A DNA stretch of 64,000 nucleotides from an uncultured Rikenellaceae bacterium (GCA_963696805.1 CAVOLF010000005.1:302624-366623); one strand, 5' to 3'. Positions 48,208 to 59,505 are shown, counted from the first letter of the stretch. Notes: a model not told the origin generated them from the letters alone. Translations and numbers: made by a program.

Positions 48208-49233
48208 TTAACTCCTTTTAAGTTTCCACATGAAGTAAACTACCAGAGCCAGGAGAAGAAGAGTAATAATGACCGCCCAGTAGTTGATATCATGCGATTT
48301 GGCGTACATGATATAATCTTCAGTCAGGAAATGGTTGCCGGTGACGGGCCAGGCCAAAGTCCCGTCACTCATCATATAGCCGTTTGTAGATTTTAAATCA
48401 GCAGGCATGACCATCTGCATGGTATAGCTTTCAAACAACCATGAGTTATCGAACTTCCTGTTGAATATGGCTGCGGCACTGTCAAGTTCAGGTTTGAATC
48501 TTACATAGAGGCTATCACCCAGAACTGCGGAACATAACACATCAAGATCTCCATCTTCGCCTACAAGTTTGTAAAGTTCATTCTCATGCGATCTCAGGAT
48601 AGCAGAAGTGAGAGAGTCCTTGCCGGAAGATTCGCAAAGGGCGCCGGCATCCTCTATGAATTCGGAAATAAGTGATCTCATCATCCATTGTTCGGTGTGA
48701 AGCTGTATCGAATCAATCAGGTTCCTGTACTTAAGGCTGTCCGGCCCAATGACTAACTCATCGCTTATCTTTTTGGGGAGGTTACTGAAAGTGATCTCTT
48801 CCTTTGTAAGGTAGTCGGTGAGCGGATATCCGTGCAGGAGGTTTTTATCAACTTTTTCAGCAAAATACCAGGTTGTGGTAAACCATTTGAATTTCCGTTT
48901 GAAGATTGCGGACCTGTTTACAGAGCTGTTTTTTCCCGTATCGGTCAGGTATGCTTCATTGATGGCATCAGCCGACCCGAAATGTTTGTCAGCAAAGAGA
49001 ATCCATGTTGTGTCGCCTTCCGCAGATATGATAATAGTATCCCTAAGGCTCCAGGAGCTGTCCACAGGTACTGTGAAATCGGCAAGATTAAGTTTGTCTT
49101 GTGTGTATCTCAATTCTGCCTTTCTTACAACGGAGCCGTTTCTGCCGACTATGTTGGTGACTGTTGTTTCCGGACCCTCACAGGAGATGAATGCCATGAG
49201 AAGGACCAGTGACATGGATATTTTTCTTTTCAT
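48208..49233 (-). CDS. Hypothetical lipoprotein with a C-terminal transmembrane anchor
   Basis: MKRKISMSLVLLMAFISC lipobox; C-terminal WAVIITLLLLALVVYFMWKLKRS. Confidence 0.7.
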   Translation of the reverse strand: MKRKISMSLVLLMAFISCEGPETTVTNIVGRNGSVVRKAELRYTQDKLNLADFTVPVDSSWSLRDTIIISAEGDTTWILFADKHFGSADAINEAYLTDTGKNSSVNRSAIFKRKFKWFTTTWYFAEKVDKNLLHGYPLTDYLTKEEITFSNLPKKISDELVIGPDSLKYRNLIDSIQLHTEQWMMRSLISEFIEDAGALCESSGKDSLTSAILRSHENELYKLVGEDGDLDVLCSAVLGDSLYVRFKPELDSAAAIFNRKFDNSWLFESYTMQMVMPADLKSTNGYMMSDGTLAWPVTGNHFLTEDYIMYAKSHDINYWAVIITLLLLALVVYFMWKLKRS

Positions 49234-49382
49234 ACCTGTTGATTGTGCCTCCTTCTGCACCATTATCAATGACCAAGTTACGGAGATTTGACTGATTTGG
49301 CAGCAATTCAACCCATAAAGTCCTGAAAATTGGGAATATTAGTATAATTGTGAAGTTATTTTCATCCTGAGAAATATTTTCC

Positions 49383-49762
49383 ATGGAGACCAATTACTCT
49401 GACTTCTGTCATGCAGGGGCAAGCTACAAGGTTGAATACTCTGCCCTTCCGACAGGCGTGGAGCTTCTGACCGTCACTTTCACACCGCCTGAACCGCTTG
49501 ATGCTCCGCCGGTTTTATTTATTCCGGGGCTGCCCGGGTAATTTCCGTACCGGCCCTGCTGGTGGTTGCCTCAAAGGACAGGTTCCACAGCCATGACGAG
49601 GGTATGGAGATAGCACGGCAGATAAAGGGTGCCGTTCACACTGACCTTACCGACAACAAAAGGACCCACAGCGCAGAGATGGGCCGTATAATCAGTGATT
49701 TTATTTCTTCTCCGGAACAAAGACCATCTCAAGCAGGTCAGCTTTGGCAAGGTATTTCTTAA
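49383..49762 (+). pseudogene. Alpha/beta hydrolase remnant with a large internal deletion
   Basis: METNY...LPTGVELL...PPVLFIPGL (N-terminal strand) joins out of frame to ISVPALLVVASKD.FH...IARQIKGA...H...IISDFI (C-terminal part); no nucleophile elbow between them. Confidence 0.6.
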
Positions 49763-52504
49763 CAAGCTTTTTCATATCCCTGACCGTAAGCTTGTTAAGT
49801 ATGCCGGCAAAATTCCTTTCGTCATTGTTGTCAATGCCATAGACATAATAACTGGTAACTTTGCCTGCCCAGTAGCTGTTATGCTGCTTCTCTTCCTCTC
49901 GGTTTTTGAGCATGTTACTGACCGCCTTTTCAAGATTCACCTGTGAGGGTCCGTTGGAGGCAATTTCCTGAAGTTCCCGGTAGATTATTCCTTTCAGTTC
50001 TGAAGCTCTTGCAGGGTCGCATTCAAATGTAATGAGCAGGTTAGCCTTTTCAACAGGTCTCTTGTAAGATGTTGCATCGTGCTGACACTGTAAGTTCCTC
50101 CCTCATCCTCGCGCACTTTTTCAGTATATACCAGGTCAAGTATAGCCTTCAGTACATCCATCATCAGGTTATTCTTCGGGTTAAAACTGAGTTCAGAAGA
50201 ATAATTCATGAGCACTCTTGCCTTCGGGACGGTAAGCGGTACAGGGATCTCTTTCCTGGCAGTTCCGGCAGGCTGTTTAACCCCGTTGTCCTTCCAGGTC
50301 TCAGGCAGGTACTTTGAAGGAAGTGAACCGATATATATTTCAGCCATCCTGAGCGCCTCCGATTCTTCCACGTTGCCTGTAAGTACGAATGTAAAGGCCG
50401 ATGCGTCATCAAATGCCGTTTCATAAACGTGATTTACATTTTCATAGCTGATCAGCTTCATTGTTTCAGGGGTCATGATGAAGGTGCGGGGGTGGTATCC
50501 TGTCATGTTCATGGAAAGAGAGTCGGAGATTATCTTGTTCGGGTTTTTCTGCATTGCAGTAACCACGGCAATATAGCGTCCGATGATGGCGTCATAGGCT
50601 TCCCGGTTGTAGTTTGGCCGTGCAAAACGGAGGTAGAGCAGCTGCATCATGGTCTCAAAGTCCTTCGGTGTGGAGGAGCCGGATATAGTCTGCATTGTCT
50701 CCTGCAAGCCCAGTGAGACGGAGGCTTTCTTGCCTGCCAGCATCTTTGTCAGGGCGACGTTGTCAAACTCGCCAGCACCGTACATTGAGACAATCAGCGG
50801 GAAGAGCGTAACTGACGGTACAAGAGAGTCCGGATAGACTGATGATCCTCCGAAGGCATAGCCTGTTATCGTCACATTGTCCTTTTCATAGTCGGCGTGC
50901 CGGAATACCACCCTGGCACCGTTTGAAAGAGTCCACTCCGTGGCACTGAACTGCGGCAGTGCAACACTCTTTATCATCTTTGAACCGGGGAGGGTTTCAC
51001 CGATAAGATCAGCTCCGCCTGTTATATCTTCATACGGGGTGATATCAGCATTTTGCACCTTGCTGAAAAGAGCCAATGCCTCCTTTTCGGAAAGATGTTC
51101 CCTGTCGTCCGGCCCCTGTACAACTATGAAGCTGTTGTTGTCAGAAACAAGGCCTTTCAGTCTTTCCGTCACCTCGGCAAGTGTAATTTGCGGAAGGATC
51201 TGCTTGTAGTAATCATATTGCAGATCAAGTGACGGGATAGGTTCCCCTGTAAGGAAATGGTCAGTTATCTGTGAAGCCCAGCTGTCATTGCTGATCTTGT
51301 CCTTTTGCTTGTACCTGTTCTCGAAATTGGCAAGCATAGTTGCTTTAGCCCGTTCCAGTTCGCCTTTGGTAAAGCCGTGCCTCTGTACTCTTTCAAGTTC
51401 TGTCAGGGCTGCCTCAAAAGCCTTGCTCTCTTCGTCATTGCGGACCAGGGCCGAGAGGGTCAGGGCATTATAGTCTCTGGCGAGGAATGAACCGTAGCTG
51501 AGTGATCCGTTTATGAAAGGCGGTGTTCCCTTCTGTACAATCTCGCTGAAACGGTTGCTCATCATACTGTTCATCAGGGCAATGACATAGCCGTCACGGA
51601 TGTAGTCCATATCCCTTGGGACAGTGTCAGGGTGAGTATCTATCGTAATAAGGCTTACCGATGTCTGTGATGCTTCAGGATCAGTCAGCAGCAGATACCG
51701 GGTACCTGATTTCGGGACAAGCCGGTTTACTGGTCTGGTGATCGGGTTTTCTACTGCCGGTATTGGCGAGAAGATCTCCATGATCTTTTCTTCCACAGCA
51801 TCAAGATCAACATCCCCCACCACTACTATCGCCTGAAGGTCAGTCCGGTACCAATCGTGGTAAAAATCGCGCAGCGTTTCATGGGAGAAGTTTTTAATAA
51901 CCGCGGTATCGCCGATGATATCTCTCACAGCATACTTTGATCCTTCAAATAGCACCGGCAGCATCTGTGTCATCATCCTCCATGAGGCATCGCGTCTTGT
52001 TCGCCACTCTTCTATGATTACACCCCTCTCTTTATTGATCTCCTCTTCCGAGAGGGCAAGGAAGTCAGACCAGTCGGCAAGGATCATCAGGCAGCTGTCT
52101 ATCAATCCGGGTTTATTAACGGGCACATCGCTGAGGTTGTAGACGGTCTCGTCCCAGCTTGTGTAGGCATTTATATTCTGACCGAAAGCCACGCCATGAC
52201 GTTCAAGGGTGTTCAGGACACCCTTGCCGGGGAAGCGCTTCGTACCGTTGAAGGCCATATGCTCAAGGAAATGAGCCAGACCGTTCTGGTCGTCATTTTC
52301 AAGAATGGCTCCCACATTCTGGATGATGTAATAACTGGCCCTTCCGGCAGGCTCGGTATTATGCCTGATGTACCAGGTAAGGCCGTTGTCAAGTTTGCCA
52401 ATGCGGTAGGCCGGGTCAACCGCGATGGTTTTGTCAGTTATGGTCTGAGGGGTTGCGGACAGTGATGCGGCAACAAGCAATGAGAGAACGAGAAATCTTT
52501 TCAT
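49701..52504 (-). CDS. M16 family zinc peptidase (PqqL-like), one frameshift near 50078
   Basis: GKLDNGLTWYI, GLAHFLEHMAFNGT, NAYTSWDETVY, ERGVIIEEWR, VREDEGGTY; the frame resumes as DATSYKRPVEKANLLITFECDP... into ORF 49701-49940. Confidence 0.9.
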
Positions 52505-52635
52505 GATTACATTTTGTTTTTAGTATACAGAGACATCGACACGACTTATGACAATCAAATTTAGATAATGTCGCCCGATTTTGCAACGGATATTAAAAAA
52601 TAATGCCTCGTCCCGGAGTTACATAGTGAATTAAG

Positions 52636-52662
52636 AAAAAAACCATCACTTAGGATGGTTTT
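52636..52662 (-). terminator. Probable Rho-independent terminator after the deoxynucleoside kinase gene
   Basis: AAAACCATC-acttag-GATGGTTTT stem; the A-run on + gives a U-tract on the minus transcript. Confidence 0.65.
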
Positions 52663-52693
52663 GCCTGTATTATTTTCCCCCGGGCGGTGGAAT

Positions 52694-53308
52694 TCAGAAC
52701 AATCCGTGCAGTTCGGCGTTGATCCTGTCTATTACTTCGCTGAGGTGTTCCTTGTTTTCAGGGAAGTCATAATAATCGGCCTCAAGAATGAGCAGCCTGC
52801 CGAATTTGTATGACTCTATCCATGCCTCATACCGTTCGTTTAGCCTTTTGAGATAGTCAAGTCTTATTGAGCTTTCATATTCACGTCCGCGTTTCTGGAT
52901 CTGGCTTACCAGCGTAGGCACGGATGCTCTAAGATAGAGAAGCAGGTCGGGAGGTTCAACGAGCGAGCTCATCAGTTTGAAGAGGGTGAAATAGTTTTCA
53001 AAGTCGCGTGTTGACATCAGCCCCATTGCATGAAGGTTTGGAGCGAATATATATGCGTCTTCGTAAATGGTGCGGTCCTGGACGATGGTGTTCTTTGCCT
53101 TTTTGATTTCAAGTACCTGGCTGAATCGGGAGTTGAGGAAGTAGATCTGGAGGTTGAATGACCATCTCTGCATGTCCTCATAGAAATCATTGAGGTAGGG
53201 ATTTTCGTCAACATCCTCATAATGAGCCTGCCATCCGTAGTGTTTGGAGAGCAGACCGGCCAGTGTTGTCTTGCCTGATCCGATGTTGCCTGCTATTGCT
53301 ATATGCAT
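52694..53308 (-). CDS. Deoxynucleoside kinase
   Basis: IAIAGNIGSGKTT, NPYL.DFY.DM.RWSFNLQIYFL, QDRTIYED, RGREYE. Confidence 0.95.
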   Translation of the reverse strand: MHIAIAGNIGSGKTTLAGLLSKHYGWQAHYEDVDENPYLNDFYEDMQRWSFNLQIYFLNSRFSQVLEIKKAKNTIVQDRTIYEDAYIFAPNLHAMGLMSTRDFENYFTLFKLMSSLVEPPDLLLYLRASVPTLVSQIQKRGREYESSIRLDYLKRLNERYEAWIESYKFGRLLILEADYYDFPENKEHLSEVIDRINAELHGLF

Positions 53309-53382
53309 AAAAATGACGGTTTAAATCTGAGTTTAAATATATGAAAAAGGGAGGGAGAAGTTCTGTCTGTTGATAAAAAGAT

Positions 53383-54897
53383 TCAGTGGCCGGTGATTTT
53401 CAGGACACTTTCAACATACTCCCTGGTGTTCGACAATCTCGGCATTTTGTTCTGCCCCCCGAGCTTGTCTCTCTCACGGAACCATTTATAGAAGGTACCC
53501 TTTGGGACAGCCCTCACTATCGGCCTTCCGAGGGTCAGGTCCTTGTACCGCTTGGCCTCGTAGTCAGAGTTAAGATTTTTAAGCGCTGTGTCAAGCAATT
53601 CAATGAAGTGGTCATGATCATCCGGGTCCCGGTCAAATTCTATTACCCATTCATGTGAGCCCCGTGTGTCATTGCCCATGTATACCGGTCCTGCCGTATA
53701 TTCGCTGATGTGTGCACCGGTGCCGAGGCATGCTTTCTCAAGTGCCTTTTCGGCATTGTCAATGATAACCTCCTCGCCGAATGCATTGATGAAGTGTTTG
53801 GTACGGCCAGTTATTTTTATCTTGTGGGGGAAGAGGCTGGTGAACTCAACTGTATCTCCCATGGCGTATCTCCACAGGCCGCCGTCGGTTGAAATGACGA
53901 TGACATAATTCACGCCTCTTTCAACCTCTCCTATTGTTAGTGCGCCCGGATTATCAGAACCGGCCTCCTCCACCGGAATGAATTCATAGTAAACGCCGTA
54001 ATCGAGCATAAGCAGCATGGAGCTGTCGGAGAGGTCATCCTGGATGGCGAAGAAGCCTTCGGAAGCATTGTATGTCTCCATATAATTCATCGCGGGGTCA
54101 GGAAGCAGCGTCCTGTACTGCTCACGGTAAGGGGCGAAGTTGATGCCGCCGTGGAAGAATGCCTCAAGGTTCGGCCATACCTGGTGGAGATTTTCCTTCC
54201 CCGTGGTTTTAAGGATATGACGGATCAGAACCAGGTTCCATGAGGGTACACCGGAGATACTGGTGATGTTCATATCCACCGTTTTTTCAGTGATCATTTC
54301 CATCTTCTCCTCAAAATCGGGGATCAGTGCTATATGTGCAGGCGGAGTACGTATAAGGTCGGCATAGGCGGGTGCATTATCAATCAGGATGGCAGAGAGG
54401 TCGCCGTATATTGAGTTGTTGCCGAAGTTGCTGATCTGTTGGCTTCCTCCCAGTGTCAGGCCCTTTCCAAGAAATATTTTCGTTTCAGGATTTAGCAAAG
54501 TATAGAGCATCAGGCAGTCCTTTGCCCCTCGGTAATGTGTCCCTTTAAGCGATTCATTCGTGATGGGGATGAATTTGCTTTTGGTGCTTGTGGTGCCTGA
54601 TGATTTGGCAAACCACCTGACCTCGCCGGGCCACAGGAGGTTTTCTTCTCCGGCTCTCAGCTTTTCCACCCAGGGAATCAGCTCCTCATATGTCTGGATG
54701 GGTACGTTATTACAGAATTGCCGGTGAGTTGCAACGGAAGCATATCCGTGTTCCTTCCCCCATACTGTCTTTCGACTGCGGGCTATAAGCCGCATAAGCA
54801 CCTCCTCCTGGCTCTCTGCAGGATATTTCCTGAAAAGATCGATCTGTGACCGTCTTTTTGTATTTATCCACTTAATGAAAGAAGGAATGAAAGGCAT
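53383..54897 (-). CDS. GH3 auxin-responsive promoter family acyl-adenylate/amido synthetase-like protein
   Basis: FAKSSGTT..SKFIP, GVPSW, YMETYNASEGFF, GLWRY..GD, GRTKHFINAFGEE, GGQNKMPRL. Confidence 0.93.
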   Translation of the reverse strand: MPFIPSFIKWINTKRRSQIDLFRKYPAESQEEVLMRLIARSRKTVWGKEHGYASVATHRQFCNNVPIQTYEELIPWVEKLRAGEENLLWPGEVRWFAKSSGTTSTKSKFIPITNESLKGTHYRGAKDCLMLYTLLNPETKIFLGKGLTLGGSQQISNFGNNSIYGDLSAILIDNAPAYADLIRTPPAHIALIPDFEEKMEMITEKTVDMNITSISGVPSWNLVLIRHILKTTGKENLHQVWPNLEAFFHGGINFAPYREQYRTLLPDPAMNYMETYNASEGFFAIQDDLSDSSMLLMLDYGVYYEFIPVEEAGSDNPGALTIGEVERGVNYVIVISTDGGLWRYAMGDTVEFTSLFPHKIKITGRTKHFINAFGEEVIIDNAEKALEKACLGTGAHISEYTAGPVYMGNDTRGSHEWVIEFDRDPDDHDHFIELLDTALKNLNSDYEAKRYKDLTLGRPIVRAVPKGTFYKWFRERDKLGGQNKMPRLSNTREYVESVLKITGH

Positions 54898-54913
54898 TGA
54901 TCGTACTTTGCTC

Positions 54914-54921
54914 CAAAGATA
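54914..54921 (-). promoter_or_regulatory. Bacteroidota -7 promoter element
   Basis: TATCTTTG on the minus strand just upstream of the GH3-family start. Confidence 0.55.
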
Positions 54922-54939
54922 ATCAAAGCCATTCTCAAT

Positions 54940-55662
54940 TCATCTGAAAATTTCCTTCAAGACCTGTAGTGACCGTATCTGTCTTATACCTGTAAGGTGA
55001 AGGTTATAATACCTGAGTATCCTGGCAAGCAGCTCTGTACGCTCTTCGCCCGAGAGTTGCAACGTGTCAATTTCTTCAGCCGGCATCTGAAGCAGGTGGT
55101 TAAGCAAAAAGGCGTCGCGGGGCTCGAAGAAGTCGGGGTGCATCGGCTGCTGTGAAGTGAAATGCCCGGTGAGCATGTCAAAATAGCAATACTGCATTGC
55201 AGTTTGGGTTGGTCCGATGCCGGCATAGGCCGTGAAAGCCACCAGGAACCAGAGGTGGAAGTTGCTTAATCCGGCTGTCATCGAGTCAAGGGTGAAAACA
55301 GATGATTCGATGAAGTCAAAAAGCATCCTGTTTGCGTCTTCCTCCCTGATGACATTGTAAAGTATCTCACTGATAAACAATGCCACCGTGGTCCGGTGAA
55401 TATTACCGGGGATCTTTTGAGGGATGAAGGCAAGGTTCATCTCCCTGAGGTTGTGCAACTCCCTGTTTTCATAATGATACAATTCAAGGTTGAGGATATT
55501 AAGCGGCTGGAAATAGTTGAATCTGGCACCTCCCTTTCGTGAAGAGATGCCTTTTACCATTACGGAAATCCTCCCGTAATCGCGGGTATAAAAATGCGCG
55601 ATCAGCGAGTTGTCAGAATACCTGACATGATGGATCAGTATGGCTTTGGTCTTTACAAGCAT
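54940..55662 (-). CDS. recO: DNA repair protein RecO
   Basis: MLVKTKAILIHHVRYSDNSLIAHFYT..YGR, FQPL, LFISEIL, C-terminal YY.LH....RSLQVLKEIF. Confidence 0.92.
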   Translation of the reverse strand: MLVKTKAILIHHVRYSDNSLIAHFYTRDYGRISVMVKGISSRKGGARFNYFQPLNILNLELYHYENRELHNLREMNLAFIPQKIPGNIHRTTVALFISEILYNVIREEDANRMLFDFIESSVFTLDSMTAGLSNFHLWFLVAFTAYAGIGPTQTAMQYCYFDMLTGHFTSQQPMHPDFFEPRDAFLLNHLLQMPAEEIDTLQLSGEERTELLARILRYYNLHLTGIRQIRSLQVLKEIFR

Positions 55663-55758
55663 CGGGTGCAGTACTTTCCCAAATGTATTAAAGTTTACTG
55701 ACAGCCGACTTAAAAAGAGCTTGGTTAAATTTGTATCTTTACCCGTCAATTTCTGAAA

Positions 55759-57153
55759 ATGGATTCAAGATCAAAGGATCAGCTCCTCATTCGCATCGCG
55801 CGGCTTGCACGTCAGAACAAGGAGCTTGACGAGCAGGTGAAGAAACTTGAAAGGGAGAAGGAGAAGATCCTGGAAATGAACGAAAAATACAGGCTTCTCC
55901 TTGAAAGGAACGAGCTTCCCGGTACAAAGACGGTTGAGGAGGAGAAGTCGTTCAGGTATAACATGGTCACGGTCCTCTTTGCCGATATTCATGGTTTTTC
56001 AAGGCTTGTGGAGGATATGGACTCTGCCCGTGTGATGGATGAGCTTGATGAGATCTTTTTCGAGTTCGATAAGGTTATCGGGAAATATCATGTAGAAAAG
56101 ATAAGGACCATCGGTGACACTCTGATGTGTGCCGGCGGTATACCGGCGAAGAACATAACCAACCCGGTTGAGGTTGTCATGGCTGCAGTTGAGCTGAGAC
56201 ATTTCATGAAGGAATATGAAGCCGTGAAGAGGGTTGATGAAAGGATCTGGAATCTGAAGGTAGGCATTCACACAGGCCCTGTCACTGCTTCCATTTCAGG
56301 GAAAAACAAGGTGTCATACGACATCAAGGGTCGCGCCGTCAACACTGCAAGCCGGATAGAAGCCGTCTCGGATAAGGATTCGATCCTTATATCTGTAATG
56401 ACCTATGAGCTTGTAAAGGAGTTCTTCATCTGTGAGTATTTCGGTAAACTGCCCGTTAAATATACCGGCAGCATCCAGATGTACCAGGTAAAGGGTCTGT
56501 TGCCGGCCTTGTCCGTTGACGGAATGGGTGTAATGCCGAATGAGGCGTTCAGGATCAAGTTCGGACTTATACAGTTCACAGATATACAGGAAGTTATCCT
56601 TGATAAGCTTGAGAAGGAGTTGCCTGATTTCCTCTTTTATCACAATGTGAAGCACACTGTTGATGTTGTGACGGAGGTTGAGCTGATTGGATGGGCCGAA
56701 GGGTGTAACGATGAAGAGATACTGTTGCTGAAGACTGCTGCACTGTTCCATGATGCCGGGCATACGGTGTCATATGACGATCATGAGTACCAGGGTACCC
56801 TGCTGGCCCGGGAGATGCTGCCCGGATACGGATATACCGAGGAGCAGATTGACCGTCTATGCAGGATCATCATGTCTACCAAGCTGCCGCCCATGCCCAC
56901 CGACCTGCTGGAACAGATCATCTGTGATTCCGATCTTGATTACCTTGGACGAAGCGACTTCATTCCCGTATCAAATACTCTTTTTGAAGAGTTGAAGGCT
57001 CAGAATAAGATCACCAGACTGAATGACTGGAACAGGATGCAGGTGAAGTTCATTTCTGGTCACCAGTATTTCACTGCCACCGCCCGAAGTCTACGGGAGG
57101 TGAACAAAAAGTTGCAGATAGAGCGTATCCAAAGCCTGATAACGACAGACTGA
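55759..57153 (+). CDS. Cytoplasmic coiled-coil + class III nucleotide cyclase + HD phosphohydrolase fusion
   Basis: VTVLFADIHGFS, EKIRTIGD, VGIHTGPV, VNTASRIE; HD domain YHNVKHT...AALFHDAGH...HE...IICDSDLDYLG. Confidence 0.88.
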   Translation: MDSRSKDQLLIRIARLARQNKELDEQVKKLEREKEKILEMNEKYRLLLERNELPGTKTVEEEKSFRYNMVTVLFADIHGFSRLVEDMDSARVMDELDEIFFEFDKVIGKYHVEKIRTIGDTLMCAGGIPAKNITNPVEVVMAAVELRHFMKEYEAVKRVDERIWNLKVGIHTGPVTASISGKNKVSYDIKGRAVNTASRIEAVSDKDSILISVMTYELVKEFFICEYFGKLPVKYTGSIQMYQVKGLLPALSVDGMGVMPNEAFRIKFGLIQFTDIQEVILDKLEKELPDFLFYHNVKHTVDVVTEVELIGWAEGCNDEEILLLKTAALFHDAGHTVSYDDHEYQGTLLAREMLPGYGYTEEQIDRLCRIIMSTKLPPMPTDLLEQIICDSDLDYLGRSDFIPVSNTLFEELKAQNKITRLNDWNRMQVKFISGHQYFTATARSLREVNKKLQIERIQSLITTD

Positions 57154-59451
57154 TTACCTGATCACCAGCATCTTGGTTACTTTCGCAAGGCTGCCGTCTT
57201 CATTGGTGCAGAAGACCAGGTAAACACCGGTTGCCACACGTGCCGACCGGTAGTTGTACAGGTCCCATGTCACCTGTCCTCCCAGCGAGGTAGTCTCGTA
57301 CACCAGGTTTCCACTGACATCCGTGATCTTTACCGAGGAGTTCTCCACGAGGCCGGTGATGGTGACCACGCCTTCATAATCCTCCCTGACAGGATTCGGG
57401 AAGACATATATTCCGGAATAGTCTTCCTTTCCTGCGGTGGCGTCACCTCGGAATGAGACGATTCCTTCCGAGGTACCGAACCAAACCTCGCCGTTGGCTC
57501 CGTTTACGGCTATCTTTACCACATTGTCAGAGAGGATGGGGCTGTTAGTGATGTTGAAGTGTATCAGTTGTTCCTTGCTGTCATCTGACATCAGGTATGC
57601 GCCGGAGCTCATTGTCCCGAACCATTTTCTGTTTGCCCCGTCAATGGCAATGGTGGTCACCGTTTCTGTTCCAAGGAGATAATCAGCCAGCCCGGAGCCG
57701 TCATTTCTAGGGATCTTGATCCTGGATGCTGTCAGTCCGCCGGAGAAGACTCTCCCCGGATTATAGAATACTGCCGGTCCCATATCAGTTCCGACCCATA
57801 TGTTCCCGTCAAGGTCGGTGGCGATGGAAAAGAGATTGTTCATCACATGGCCTTCGGTGTCTTCTACCTGGAGCCTTAGATACCGGTCGTCTGAGATTAT
57901 GTCAGGTGTTCCTGCCGGGTCATAGACAAGCAGTCCGTATCCCCGGGGCAGTATGACCCATATGTACTCATTCCGGTCTGTGATCATGTCTCCGGCAACA
58001 GGCACATTCAGGTTCAGCGAGGTGGTTATCCAGTTTCCATCCGGGGTGAGCGCCTTGAGGTTACCGGGCACACCTGACTGTGTAATCCATAGATTGCCTG
58101 ACCTGTCAAGTGCCAGTCCGCAGATGCGGGTATAATTCTCACCGGGCATGATACTTGACAGAGGAGAGTTATACTGATTGTAGTTTTTTTCCATCGCGCC
58201 ATGCCTGAACTCATAGAGGCCATTGCCCCATGACGATACAAAAAAATGGCTTTCTTCATTGGGGTCCGCGATCACCCTCATTGCATCCCTGTCGGCTTCC
58301 CCGTAAAGAATATGGCTGAACCAGGTGTTGCCTCTGCCGGTGAATACCTGCAGCGGACGATATACGTTTCCCCAGGCATTGTCAACGGTTCCTCCGGTTA
58401 CATAGAAATTGTCTCCCGCGAAACGGATGTCTGAGACATTGTTTGTATAGGGTCCTGCGATGGTGTAACTTGTGAAGGTACTGTAGTCTGCGGTGGAAAC
58501 AAGGCCGGCCGATGCATCGGCAATCCAGAGTTGCTGACGGTAGCTGGTTACCCCCGACGGATTGGAGGATGCCCATCCGTATCCGTTTATCTCCCTGGTG
58601 ACGGTACCCTGGGATGAGAAAATGATGATTGAGGAGGTCATCGACATGAACACGGCACTGCCGTCGTCGTCGAGCGATCTGATGCTACCTGCAGGAGCCG
58701 TGGTGATGAGGCTGGCACTCTGTCCGGGTACTATCCGGAACAGTGAATCCCGGGAAGACGGCGATCCGGGTTTGCTCAGGAACAGTGCCGGTCCGGCAAC
58801 AGCCAGATTGTCATATTTTGACTCCGTCAAGGGCAGGCCTTGAAGAAGTTCCCAGTTGCCGAAATAGGAGAGGCCAGGGCGGTTTAACGGAGCCGAAAAT
58901 ACCCCGCGGGAGGTGGCGGCATAGACCCTGTCATTAAGCAGGGCCGTTTCTTGGACCTCATTGGTTTCACCGTCGGGGCCGGGCCGCCAGGTGTCAGCCA
59001 CATATTTTCCCCTGACGTCAATAACTACGATACCGAAGCTTCCTGACAGCAGGGCGCGGCTGTCTGAGACGGTCACCCCGTAGATCTCTTTTATGCCGGG
59101 AATGAATTTGTTCTTTATGTCAGGGATATTGGTAATAATACCTTTCCTGACGAGATCAACACCGGTATTCCTGTAGACTATTATCAGTGTTTCTTCCTCA
59201 TCACACCATGCAACGTGACTTATTGCAGTCTCATTCAGTCCTGACACCCTCGAGAGAGGTGATGATGATGCGGAAGGGATGTCATAAACAAGCAGGGAGG
59301 CTCCTGCAGAAGAATAGATCTTCTCTCCGCCTGCAGCCAGTGAAAATGACGAGTTGTATGAGAGATGATCAGTCCATGATCCTACCCCTCCCTGTCCGCT
59401 CAGGAGAAGAGAAGCGGAAATGATGGCCGTAAATGAAATGATCCTCTTCAT
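57154..59451 (-). CDS. porZ: T9SS component PorZ (beta-propeller plus C-terminal domain)
   Basis: GSWTDHLSY, SRVSGL, DLDGNIWVGT, IAIDGANRKWFGT, GEVWFGT; CTD YVFPNPVR...VKITDVSGNLV...TGVYLVF; downstream of rdgB. Confidence 0.85.
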   Translation of the reverse strand: MKRIISFTAIISASLLLSGQGGVGSWTDHLSYNSSFSLAAGGEKIYSSAGASLLVYDIPSASSSPLSRVSGLNETAISHVAWCDEEETLIIVYRNTGVDLVRKGIITNIPDIKNKFIPGIKEIYGVTVSDSRALLSGSFGIVVIDVRGKYVADTWRPGPDGETNEVQETALLNDRVYAATSRGVFSAPLNRPGLSYFGNWELLQGLPLTESKYDNLAVAGPALFLSKPGSPSSRDSLFRIVPGQSASLITTAPAGSIRSLDDDGSAVFMSMTSSIIIFSSQGTVTREINGYGWASSNPSGVTSYRQQLWIADASAGLVSTADYSTFTSYTIAGPYTNNVSDIRFAGDNFYVTGGTVDNAWGNVYRPLQVFTGRGNTWFSHILYGEADRDAMRVIADPNEESHFFVSSWGNGLYEFRHGAMEKNYNQYNSPLSSIMPGENYTRICGLALDRSGNLWITQSGVPGNLKALTPDGNWITTSLNLNVPVAGDMITDRNEYIWVILPRGYGLLVYDPAGTPDIISDDRYLRLQVEDTEGHVMNNLFSIATDLDGNIWVGTDMGPAVFYNPGRVFSGGLTASRIKIPRNDGSGLADYLLGTETVTTIAIDGANRKWFGTMSSGAYLMSDDSKEQLIHFNITNSPILSDNVVKIAVNGANGEVWFGTSEGIVSFRGDATAGKEDYSGIYVFPNPVREDYEGVVTITGLVENSSVKITDVSGNLVYETTSLGGQVTWDLYNYRSARVATGVYLVFCTNEDGSLAKVTKMLVIR

Positions 59452-59505
59452 GACTCTGTTGTAAGCATCTGGTGAACCCGGAGGTTTTGATTTAGTGCTG
59501 TCCTG

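Noticed and set aside
53383..54897. Glycoside hydrolase family 3 or a plant-derived auxin gene
   Set aside because: The motifs are those of the GH3 acyl-adenylate family, which is common in Bacteroidota. It is not a CAZyme, and there is no sign of recent transfer.
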